Origin: an uncultured virus (IMG/VR IMGVR_UViG_3300026382_000008)
Lineage: Duplodnaviria; Heunggongvirae; Uroviricota; Caudoviricetes
Length of the DNA stretch: 64,000 nucleotides
Strand: one strand, 5' to 3'
Virus record (IMG/VR): IMGVR_UViG_3300026382_000008
Both the position numbers and the translations under genes were made by a program. The notes beneath the pieces are model-generated. The model worked only from the letters and a program-made list of their open reading frames with translations, was not told where the DNA came from and did not search any database. Positions 29,433 through 38,117 of the stretch are shown here, piece by piece (position 1 is the stretch's first letter; each line of letters starts with the position of its first letter).

Positions 29433-30890
29433 CTAAAATACTTCATCTATAGAGATAGCTTTTTTGCTAATACAAAATGTTTCTTTTAGATTAAGTCTAT
29501 CTTTTACAATATTATTTGGATACATTGTATGAATTGATCGAGTCATTGCTACATATATAAGATTATACTCTTCTATCTCTTGTTGTGTTCCAGGTTTAAT
29601 ATTCCATTCCCAATCATCAGCCATTTTGACAGTACCAAACTCCAATCCTTTTGAAGTATGTGCTGTTAAGATACATAGACCTTTCTTTTTCCTATTCTTA
29701 CTTCTAAGCAACTTGTAAAGATCTGTTAAACGTTTATGATACATCTTGACTATATCAATTGAAGCGGATACCTCAATATCATTAGCATCAAGAGCATAAC
29801 GAGATAATTCACCTAATGAATAGAATTTTGATACAAACTTTCTAAGATTATCAGGTAACTTAATTGGTGGAGTATACATAAAGAATCTTTCAGCAATTGC
29901 CATAGGAAGAGCAAATATTTCTGATGGTGTACGATATGAATAAAAGTCAGAATTCGGATCCATTTTGGCAATCTTATCTACTATTTCAGCGTTGGTACGA
30001 GTTATGTAAGCATAAGTTTCAATTTTAGGATCCTTAGGTCCTTGACCTTTCAGAGGTGGATAAAGCTCTTCATCAAAATCAGGCTTAAGACAAAGCCATT
30101 GATATGCTAAATCTGCTACTTCTTGTGGAAATCGAAAACTCTCTGTTAGATATAACATTTTAGCATCATACTCGTTATAAAGCTTACTCATTACGTCCAT
30201 TGCATTTCTGAAACCATAGATCTTCTGATGAACATCCCCAACAGCTATTATAGGTTTACCAGAATTAAGCAGTATTTTGAAGACAACAGGATTTGTATCT
30301 TGTGCTTCATCTAACAAAACAAAATCATAACCTGATAATAATTCACTACAATCAGATTCTGAAGCTAATTTAAGATAGAAATCATGAGTTATTTCAATTT
30401 TTCTGTCTATCATATCTTGCCATAAACGTAAAGCTGCTTCTCTACCTATGTTTATGTAGTCTCTTTCTGATGGTACTTTGTAAGACATATGTTTAGCTAT
30501 AGTATGCATATCTCTGTTAACACTATTACAATATTCATGAAATATCTTTATAGCATAATAAGCTGATTTGTAATCTATATCATACAATTCACATATTGTA
30601 TAAGGACGTAAGTTATAACCAAGCCTAGGTGATCCAACATTTGTAACATACCATTTGTAACCAAGACCATGAGTTGTCAATACTTTTACATTAGAAGGGA
30701 ATCGTGCTTCAGCTTCTTCTTTTACAGATCTATTGTAAGCTAAATACAGAAATTTGTATTGTGGATAAGATTCAGCTACAGCTACAAGTGTTGTAGTTTT
30801 ACCAGTACCAGCATAAGCATTAATTACTAAATGTGAATCAAGATTCTTAACAGAGTCTACAATTTGTTTTTGTTCCTTTGTTAGTTGCAT
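29433..30890 (-). CDS. UvrD/Rep-like SF1 helicase
   Basis: AYAGTGKT, DEAQD, VGDVHQKIYGFR, SFRF, HTSKGLEF, YVAMTR. Confidence 0.93.
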   Translation of the reverse strand: MQLTKEQKQIVDSVKNLDSHLVINAYAGTGKTTTLVAVAESYPQYKFLYLAYNRSVKEEAEARFPSNVKVLTTHGLGYKWYVTNVGSPRLGYNLRPYTICELYDIDYKSAYYAIKIFHEYCNSVNRDMHTIAKHMSYKVPSERDYINIGREAALRLWQDMIDRKIEITHDFYLKLASESDCSELLSGYDFVLLDEAQDTNPVVFKILLNSGKPIIAVGDVHQKIYGFRNAMDVMSKLYNEYDAKMLYLTESFRFPQEVADLAYQWLCLKPDFDEELYPPLKGQGPKDPKIETYAYITRTNAEIVDKIAKMDPNSDFYSYRTPSEIFALPMAIAERFFMYTPPIKLPDNLRKFVSKFYSLGELSRYALDANDIEVSASIDIVKMYHKRLTDLYKLLRSKNRKKKGLCILTAHTSKGLEFGTVKMADDWEWNIKPGTQQEIEEYNLIYVAMTRSIHTMYPNNIVKDRLNLKETFCISKKAISIDEVF

Positions 30891-31190
30891 CTAGTCCTCC
30901 GTTGAAGACGAAAGTAATTTATTGATAGACCAATCTTTGTTTCCATTAATCGAATAAATTTCACCTTTGAATGCAATAAATGGTGGTGTTAAAGCAGAGG
31001 TTAGAAGAATAAGAGATGGTTTTAAATGTTTATCAATTTCATCAAGCATATCAATATTGACATTTTCATTTTTAACAACATTCATTATAACTTCTCTAAC
31101 AATTTCTGGATCTTTGTTAGAAATCAAAATAAGAAATGTTTTGGTGGTTAATAATGTTTGAGATTTGAGCTCAATGATATACAACTTCAT
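30891..31190 (-). CDS. Hypothetical protein
   Basis: SD GGAGG. Confidence 0.65.
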   Translation of the reverse strand: MKLYIIELKSQTLLTTKTFLILISNKDPEIVREVIMNVVKNENVNIDMLDEIDKHLKPSLILLTSALTPPFIAFKGEIYSINGNKDWSINKLLSSSTED

Positions 31191-31228
31191 CTTGACCCTC
31201 CTTAAAGAAAAGAGTTAGAGGTGAAGAC

Positions 31229-33559
31229 CTAATGATCTTCACCTCTATCACCAAACATGTTTGCAACTATGTGATGTATTGGGCAATCTGTATCAATTTT
31301 TTCTTTTAAAGCTTTATACTTAACGTTTACAAGGGTTCTTACTTTCTCATCAAAATTATCTGGTAAGTTTATGATTTCATCACCTAATCTGACTTGTTTA
31401 AGATCTTCAAATTCTCGTACAACTTTTGGTATTTCATCTGCTAATAATTCATAGATATCTATGAATGATGAATCAGTATCAGAATAGAATACATAATATT
31501 GCTCACCTTCAGCTTGTCTAACAACTTCTCTATTAAGACTTATATCAAACTGATTAACATCTGAAATTGAACCATCAATCAAAGCTTTGATTAGATTTTC
31601 TGTTATACCAGAAACAAATTTAATTTCATACTGTCCTGTTAATGTGATAGTTATTGAGATTCTTGTATCAAAGAATCTGTATGCTTGATTACCCATAGCA
31701 CCATAAATAGCATTAGCTAATACTTTAAGAGCTTTCTGTATAATGTTGTACTTAGCACCTAAAGCTTTTTCTTCTGGATCTGAACTTGCTAAAAGCTTTA
31801 AAGCTTTCTTTTTAAATGCTTTTCTTCTTTTGATAAGATCTTCAAGAATGTTAACGATAAACCCTTTCTTTTCTCTGGAGAAAATAGCTCCTGAAAAACC
31901 AATTGTAAGTTTTGAGTTATAGATATGATCTTTAAGATCTTTGACCTTAATTTTTACTCGTCTTACATCAATAAAATTCTGATTTTTTGGATCAAGTATG
32001 AGTGTTACTTCTTTGTCGTCCAATTCATTAGTGAGTAAAATCTTTTCCATAAGATATGTATCACCTAATGCTTCTTCAATAAATCCTATAAATGTTTCTG
32101 GTGAGATATTGAGAGAAATCATAATACTTGGATACATAGAAGAAGCATCCAAATCAATAGCCCATTGAATAAGACCTTTTCGAGGTTCTCTTACAAACGC
32201 TCCTACAAAAGCATTTGATTTTTCTGCATTTCTTGGTCGTTGTCTCAGTAAAAGATTTTCTTTTGAAGCATATTGGAACATCAAACCATCAATCTGTGAC
32301 AGAGTGCTAAAGCTATTAAGAAAAGAGATCCAAGATAAATCTTTTAGCATTAGGTGTAGTGCTAAGTTACCTCTTTTATCTTCTAGCTTCTTAATAAGAT
32401 ATGTATCAACAATTGAATAAGCTATGAATTTATTTGGTTCACGTTTAACTAAATCAACAAGAGTACCACTATACTTAACTTTTGATACACCTAAAACTTT
32501 ACCAGCTATATGATCAAGAGAATATGATGTTTCACGACCTTCATAAGACTTATACAACTCTAATAAGTCAACAACAATTATACCCGGAATAAAATGGTAA
32601 CCAAGTTTACCAGATGGATACATAGGTTTATTTACAGGCGAAAATTGTTGAGTATCGTAACCAATAACCTTACATCTATTTGCTATATAATTGATATCGA
32701 AGTAAATATTCCAAGCAGTGAGTACATCTATTTGATTTTCTCTTAAAAGTTTAGCAAATACATCTAATAAATCTTTTTCGGATTTAACTTTGATAAGTTT
32801 ATAGTTGTTAAAAGTTATCCCATTTTCTTGTATGTGTTGGTTGATTGCTGATTGATCAATGAATTTCTCATCAATTATTTCGCAGTTGATAATCTGATAA
32901 AGTGTATCATTGACCATGAAAGACATAGCACTTATTGGATACTTAGCTTCTTTTTCATTTGGGAATAGTCCATCCTCAGCAAAAACTTCAATGTCAAAAA
33001 AGGCTATTCTATAAGATGGTTCGTCAGGAATAATCGATTTAATCTGGAAAACTAACCAATCATCAATTGATAAGTCATAATTGTAATAAACTTTATCTTT
33101 GTCAAATGGTAAAGCTTTATATCGATCAACTACTATTGATTTACAAGTTGGGCCAATCTGCTTATAACATGCAGTTTCTGGTAAAAGTGGTTCTGGTATT
33201 TGTTTGTCAGGTTTTACATAATAGAAATGAAAATTTACGTTATCAAGTAAAACATATTTATGTTGATTTCCATTACTGAATATAGCAAAGATTCCTTGAT
33301 CTACAACATCATCTCCAACAAATGTCTTATAACGTTGTACATCTATCAACTTAAAGTTTTGTTTCTTTAAAGTTTCCAATATAGATTGCAATGAATGAGT
33401 ATCAGCAACAATGAAATTTGATGCATTTTCTTTTAACTGTATTGATGAATCTAGAAATTGTTGTATACTTTCAAATGCTTGTTTGAAAATTGGTTCGTTT
33501 TTTGCACGACTTCTTAAAACAGCTGATGGATGAAGGTTAGGAATTACAGTTACTTTCAT
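31229..33559 (-). CDS. Family B DNA polymerase, main subunit (UDG C-terminal fragment + 3'-5' exonuclease + palm/fingers)
   Basis: HPSAVLR at the N-terminus; FDIE, WNIYFD, YSIVD exonuclease motifs; DASSMYPS, KVLANAIYG, YSDTDS; no KKxY or thumb; ATG 33559 follows SD GAGGT. Confidence 0.9.
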   Translation of the reverse strand: MKVTVIPNLHPSAVLRSRAKNEPIFKQAFESIQQFLDSSIQLKENASNFIVADTHSLQSILETLKKQNFKLIDVQRYKTFVGDDVVDQGIFAIFSNGNQHKYVLLDNVNFHFYYVKPDKQIPEPLLPETACYKQIGPTCKSIVVDRYKALPFDKDKVYYNYDLSIDDWLVFQIKSIIPDEPSYRIAFFDIEVFAEDGLFPNEKEAKYPISAMSFMVNDTLYQIINCEIIDEKFIDQSAINQHIQENGITFNNYKLIKVKSEKDLLDVFAKLLRENQIDVLTAWNIYFDINYIANRCKVIGYDTQQFSPVNKPMYPSGKLGYHFIPGIIVVDLLELYKSYEGRETSYSLDHIAGKVLGVSKVKYSGTLVDLVKREPNKFIAYSIVDTYLIKKLEDKRGNLALHLMLKDLSWISFLNSFSTLSQIDGLMFQYASKENLLLRQRPRNAEKSNAFVGAFVREPRKGLIQWAIDLDASSMYPSIMISLNISPETFIGFIEEALGDTYLMEKILLTNELDDKEVTLILDPKNQNFIDVRRVKIKVKDLKDHIYNSKLTIGFSGAIFSREKKGFIVNILEDLIKRRKAFKKKALKLLASSDPEEKALGAKYNIIQKALKVLANAIYGAMGNQAYRFFDTRISITITLTGQYEIKFVSGITENLIKALIDGSISDVNQFDISLNREVVRQAEGEQYYVFYSDTDSSFIDIYELLADEIPKVVREFEDLKQVRLGDEIINLPDNFDEKVRTLVNVKYKALKEKIDTDCPIHHIVANMFGDRGEDH

Positions 33560-33567
33560 TCTTGACC

Positions 33568-33903
33568 TCACGATTTTAGAATTTCTCCAAATGTTTTATT
33601 AAGTTTGACTTCTATGCATCGAATTAAATAACATGAATTAATGAATAAATAGTATATGTCATCATCGTCATATGATTCGTAATCTACAATATCGATGATT
33701 GAAGTAACTTTATCTATTATCTCTAAATCAATATCTTGATCAATGGAAAACTCCACATTATAAGCTAGGTCTATGAGAACTTTCTCATCTTTGAGGGAGT
33801 TGATTCGCACTAGTATGTTTAATATCTTTTTAGCTAAATCTTCAGACTGATTATATATAAGCTGTGTTGCATAACAGAATAAGTCTTTAACTAGCTGTTT
33901 CAC
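33568..33903 (-). CDS. Hypothetical protein lying between the UDG halves
   Basis: Coupled ORF. Confidence 0.65.
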   Translation of the reverse strand: MKQLVKDLFCYATQLIYNQSEDLAKKILNILVRINSLKDEKVLIDLAYNVEFSIDQDIDLEIIDKVTSIIDIVDYESYDDDDIYYLFINSCYLIRCIEVKLNKTFGEILKS

Positions 33904-34504
33904 AACAACCTCGTATAAGCTTCTTAATTAAACAACTTGTTGTACCATGTGGATATAGATCGTAGTAATACTGCATAATTTCTTTCTCATCTGATAAATG
34001 TTTCACATCATATAAATGTAATGTATCAATTCTGTTATCTTTCCAGATACGTTTATAAGAATCTGGATCGAAGTGAGATCTAAACAGTCTAAAACATTCA
34101 ATAGGTTTTATCAGTGATGCAAAATCATCAAGAGACATAAAACTTAAGATTACCTTTTTTATACTCAACCATTGAAACTGTATTGGTTGAAAATCTTGTA
34201 GCAACCTAAGTAATTCATCTTTTCTGTTGATTGACTCTATATCAATGTTAATGTTATCAACAATAACTACATCCTTCAAAAGATCTGATAAATTGTTATT
34301 TTCATAACTATAATGTAGCAAACACATACTTTTAACAAGACTGTATAAATGTAATTCAAATTCGTAAAAATTGAAATTAAATTCCGAATAAAGCAAATTT
34401 ATTACCGATTTTTGATATGTTTCAAGCAAATTTTGAGTCTGATGTAAAGTGTTAGTAATTATATATCTCACAATATAAGAAAGACTAACCATCATCCACC
34501 TCAA
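33887..34504 (-). CDS. Hypothetical protein lying between the UDG halves
   Basis: Coupled ORF; likely start at MMVSL after GAGGTG. Confidence 0.65.
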   Translation of the reverse strand: MRWMMVSLSYIVRYIITNTLHQTQNLLETYQKSVINLLYSEFNFNFYEFELHLYSLVKSMCLLHYSYENNNLSDLLKDVVIVDNINIDIESINRKDELLRLLQDFQPIQFQWLSIKKVILSFMSLDDFASLIKPIECFRLFRSHFDPDSYKRIWKDNRIDTLHLYDVKHLSDEKEIMQYYYDLYPHGTTSCLIKKLIRGCCETAS

Positions 34505-35480
34505 TTACAAATCTTTGTCCAGCAACTTTTGTAATTGCTACTGGTTTTTCAAGTATATTCTGAGTTGCTAATGCTCCAAGAGGAACAACAACTTTAGGCT
34601 TAACTTTACTTATTTGTTGTTTAAGAAGAGGTTTACAACATTCTAAAGTCTGTTTGTCAGGATCACCATTATCTGGAATGTAGCACATAGCAGAATTTGT
34701 GATAACTATATTCTTATCAGGAAACATTTCAGCTAAATATTTTCTGAGTAGTCGTCCACTTTGACCAACAAATGGCCTACCTTGTTCCTTTTCTTCTTTA
34801 TATGGATTCATACCAATTATGAGAATATCTACTTCATCTCTTGAATCATCACCAATTATAAAGTCTGGTGGGACAAAAGGTTGGTTCCTCAGAGGACAAT
34901 TCTTACAATTCTCATAAAGACAAGTTGTATTTTTAGTTGATAACAGATCAATAATCCATTGTTTATAATCTTGCAATCTTTTATGGAGATTACTAACATT
35001 TTGAGCTGTTTGTTTTGCTGCAATTGTAAAGAAATCTAATTCCTCTTTAGATTTGGCTTTCTTTGCTTGACCACATAACTGCTTAAGAGTTTCTTCTCCA
35101 AGCATTTCTTTAACAAAAGGTATATCTTGTGGCTTGATACCAAAATGCTCCCATAAAGGTTTAGCTAATGGATCTTGATGTGGTTTCTTTTGTGCAAGAG
35201 TCCAAAAATCATACTTTGATACTTTGTAATGCTTAACTAATTGTTTCAATCGAATCAAAAGATCTTTTTTAGATATGTGATATATGTTAAAACCACTTAA
35301 GAGTTGTGCTATATGACTATTAAGTTGTGGGTTAAGGAGAAATGTTGTAATTAGAGTCTTATGAGTAATTTGTTTAGACACTATTAATTCATCAGGCGGT
35401 ATCATTGAATCATCTTCAAACAACCAATAATAGTAAAGTTCCATGATATTTTTTGCTTTAGCTTTTATACTTTCATGCAT
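34485..35480 (-). CDS. Unknown N-domain fused to a family-4 uracil-DNA glycosylase lacking its last motif
   Basis: CKNCPL, IIGMNP..EE..GRPFVGQSG.LL, TNSAMC, CKPLLKQQI...PKVVVPLGALA; ends at GQRFVIEVDDG before the HP motif. Confidence 0.85.
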   Translation of the reverse strand: MHESIKAKAKNIMELYYYWLFEDDSMIPPDELIVSKQITHKTLITTFLLNPQLNSHIAQLLSGFNIYHISKKDLLIRLKQLVKHYKVSKYDFWTLAQKKPHQDPLAKPLWEHFGIKPQDIPFVKEMLGEETLKQLCGQAKKAKSKEELDFFTIAAKQTAQNVSNLHKRLQDYKQWIIDLLSTKNTTCLYENCKNCPLRNQPFVPPDFIIGDDSRDEVDILIIGMNPYKEEKEQGRPFVGQSGRLLRKYLAEMFPDKNIVITNSAMCYIPDNGDPDKQTLECCKPLLKQQISKVKPKVVVPLGALATQNILEKPVAITKVAGQRFVIEVDDG

Positions 35481-36022
35481 GTTTCACCTCTCAGTTTTTG
35501 TACATTTCGTTTAAGCTTAATAGGCATGAAATCCATCCAAATAGAAAGAGTTTCAGTATCAAGTTTATTAATGATTTTTCTAAGAATAACAACAATAGGT
35601 TCAGGTCTAACAGGTTTTGTAATCGGTGTCCAAATCTGATCTTTTTTCTTCTGATTGCATTCTTCACATGCAGTTACAAGATTTGTCCAACTCCATAAAC
35701 CACCACGTGATTTAGGGATAACGTGATCAATAGTTGCAGTCTTTTCATTCACTTCTCTTCCACAATATTGACATGTCCAATTATCTCTAATGAAAATAAG
35801 AGTACGTGACGGATTTACATAAATCATTTTCTGGTCTATAACTTCATTAACTTGAATAACGATAGGTATTTGAAATATTTGATGTGGACTATGTAAAAAT
35901 TTTGATGGATGATAAGCTAAAACTTTTGAAGTTTCCCTTAATGATAAAACAAATGCTTTCTTGAAGTTCAAGATCATACAGGGATAATACCGTTTGTCAA
36001 GAATAAGACAATAAGGTATCAT
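35465..36022 (-). CDS. HNH endonuclease
   Basis: RDNWTCQYCG, TIDHVIPKSRGG, NLVTACEECNQKK. Confidence 0.92.
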   Translation of the reverse strand: MIPYCLILDKRYYPCMILNFKKAFVLSLRETSKVLAYHPSKFLHSPHQIFQIPIVIQVNEVIDQKMIYVNPSRTLIFIRDNWTCQYCGREVNEKTATIDHVIPKSRGGLWSWTNLVTACEECNQKKKDQIWTPITKPVRPEPIVVILRKIINKLDTETLSIWMDFMPIKLKRNVQKLRGETCMKV

Positions 36023-36025
36023 TCC

Positions 36026-36274
36026 TCACCTCTGTTTCTTGATGTAGTCAATGGTTAGGAGTGGTAAGAAAACAATAATCGAAAATGATGCTATCAGAAT
36101 AACCTGAATGCTAAAAAAGATTGATGATGTTGATAGTTCGTTAACAAGAGCATATGTCACAATGCTAATGATTAAGATTAGTAAAAGTAGAGATTGAACA
36201 GGATATAAGACTATGCATAAAGCTAACAACAAATCCCATAAGATTGTCAATAAAAGATCCATCTCTTTCTCCAA
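36026..36274 (-). CDS. Small membrane protein
   Basis: Highly hydrophobic, about 3 TM segments. Confidence 0.6.
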   Translation of the reverse strand: MEKEMDLLLTILWDLLLALCIVLYPVQSLLLLILIISIVTYALVNELSTSSIFFSIQVILIASFSIIVFLPLLTIDYIKKQR

Positions 36275-36310
36275 ATTAGGTTTGTATAATATAAATGATG
36301 AAAACTTTAA

Positions 36311-36340
36311 AGGGAAGGTGGATTAGGTTCCACCTTCCCT
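36311..36340 (-). terminator. Rho-independent terminator after the tail gene block
   Basis: 12-bp stem AGGGAAGGTGGA/TCCACCTTCCCT followed by a T-rich tract on the - strand. Confidence 0.75.
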
Positions 36341-36347
36341 CTATCAA

Positions 36348-38117
36348 CTAGTACATGATATTAAGTCTTAGTGTTTCATCATTACCTGATTTGTTAGTTA
36401 TAACAATCTTTTGCGGTCCTTGTTCATAGACATCGAATTTTGCTCCATCAATAGAAACCCAATGCCATTCACCTTGCAACAATCCTTCTACTGATACTTC
36501 ATCTAAGACAGGTGGTTTTTTAGGATCAAAGTTAATCTTGTCATAACTAATTTGAGAACTCGATGTTTCGATTATGAATAACACATAAACATTATTTCCA
36601 AACGTTTCATATAAGACTTTTGATGATAACGAATCCACGACAGTTATCTCTGATACATGTTGCTCTAATGTTTCTCCTGTTGTTAGAGATAATTGTTTAA
36701 AAGAGTTTGATGTTGAATCATAAACATAAAATGTTTTAAAATCTTTCGTAAAAACTGTTTTCTTATTTGGAAACTTGTAAGTCAAGTAATCAGCATTTAT
36801 AATCGGTAATTTTGTAATAGTTTCAACATAAGTAGATGATGTATAATAAGGGTCTAAAATTATTTGGTTTGTTGATGATGAAATATTACAATATTCTGTT
36901 ATCATATCTGATTCACATTTAACACCACCAAATAGAGACATAATTTCATCATCACTCAAAGCACGATTGAAAAAGTAGAAAATTAGACCACCCGAATAAG
37001 GCTGTTCAATTGTTTTATTAGAATAAGTACCTGCTTGAAACTTACCAACACCATCTTGAGTCTTTACGAGTTTACCATTAGCGAAATAAGATAACTTATT
37101 GGTTGATGAGTCACTTCTTATACATACTACAACGGGAAATGAATCTTTAGGAAATGAGTATCCAAAACCTCCTGTTGATTGTTCATAAAAATATATAGAA
37201 ACATAACCTGATTGAGTTCCATCCTTTGCCATTTTAAATGTGCCTTTATACTGACTATTTGTATTTGTAAAGATATGTCGATATTCAAGATAAGGAGTAC
37301 CAATTATGGCAAATATTGTCCAATCGTATAAAGTCGATGACAGAGTATAATTCCACGTAGCATGATTTGTTTCTACAATATAACCCTTACAACCAAGATC
37401 TTTATCACCTGTATCATATGGATATGCACCTGAAACACCAGACATATTTGTTAAAACTTTAGAACCATCAGTTGTAAGATAAGCTAAAACATCACCTGTA
37501 TTAAGAGGATCTGATGTACAAAGATTAGCACCCAAATGAATACTATCGGATCTATTACTTATACAGTCTGTATAAATCAATTTGTAAACTTTTGTTTCAT
37601 TTGCATTAAATGAATCTTGAATAATAAGTTTATCACTTACATTCCATGTAACATCTGAACCATCTTCTTTATACAGAGAGTAATTCTGTGGATCTACTTT
37701 GATCGGAATACACACATATCCTGATTTACTTTCAGTCGAATTATTTGTAACTTTTATAGTCATTTGATAAAGCTTATTATCTAAATACACAGTATCCAAA
37801 GGAACAGATTTGAGATAAATTGCAATATCTAAAGAGTTGGCATCAGATGCTAACATATTCCATTCATTCTGAGTAAGTTTTTGTATCTGATTAAGTGATA
37901 GACCAGAAGTAGCAATATCATCTAAAGAAACATCAATCCAGGAGGAAGTTGTAAAATCATAAGTTTTCCAAGTTGTACGTCCGTCAACGCTAAAAAGAAA
38001 CTTACTTAAATCTAGATCTAAACCTTTAATTGAAATATTAGTTAATGTTTTCAAACCACTTAAGTTTAAAGAGTTCGCTGAAATAAGCAATACTGAATCA
38101 TATAGAGAAATTTTCAT
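36348..38117 (-). CDS. Virion structural protein with ConA/LamG-like domain
   Basis: FSVDGRTTW, beta-rich, YFANGKLV...FFNRALSDDEI. Confidence 0.7.
   Translation of the reverse strand: MKISLYDSVLLISANSLNLSGLKTLTNISIKGLDLDLSKFLFSVDGRTTWKTYDFTTSSWIDVSLDDIATSGLSLNQIQKLTQNEWNMLASDANSLDIAIYLKSVPLDTVYLDNKLYQMTIKVTNNSTESKSGYVCIPIKVDPQNYSLYKEDGSDVTWNVSDKLIIQDSFNANETKVYKLIYTDCISNRSDSIHLGANLCTSDPLNTGDVLAYLTTDGSKVLTNMSGVSGAYPYDTGDKDLGCKGYIVETNHATWNYTLSSTLYDWTIFAIIGTPYLEYRHIFTNTNSQYKGTFKMAKDGTQSGYVSIYFYEQSTGGFGYSFPKDSFPVVVCIRSDSSTNKLSYFANGKLVKTQDGVGKFQAGTYSNKTIEQPYSGGLIFYFFNRALSDDEIMSLFGGVKCESDMITEYCNISSSTNQIILDPYYTSSTYVETITKLPIINADYLTYKFPNKKTVFTKDFKTFYVYDSTSNSFKQLSLTTGETLEQHVSEITVVDSLSSKVLYETFGNNVYVLFIIETSSSQISYDKINFDPKKPPVLDEVSVEGLLQGEWHWVSIDGAKFDVYEQGPQKIVITNKSGNDETLRLNIMY

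Noticed and set aside
28100..34500. Split inteins or ribosomal hopping at the PolB/UDG breaks
   Set aside because: No intein terminal motifs (C/S start block, HN end) and no in-frame matched take-off/landing codons were seen; each piece has its own SD.
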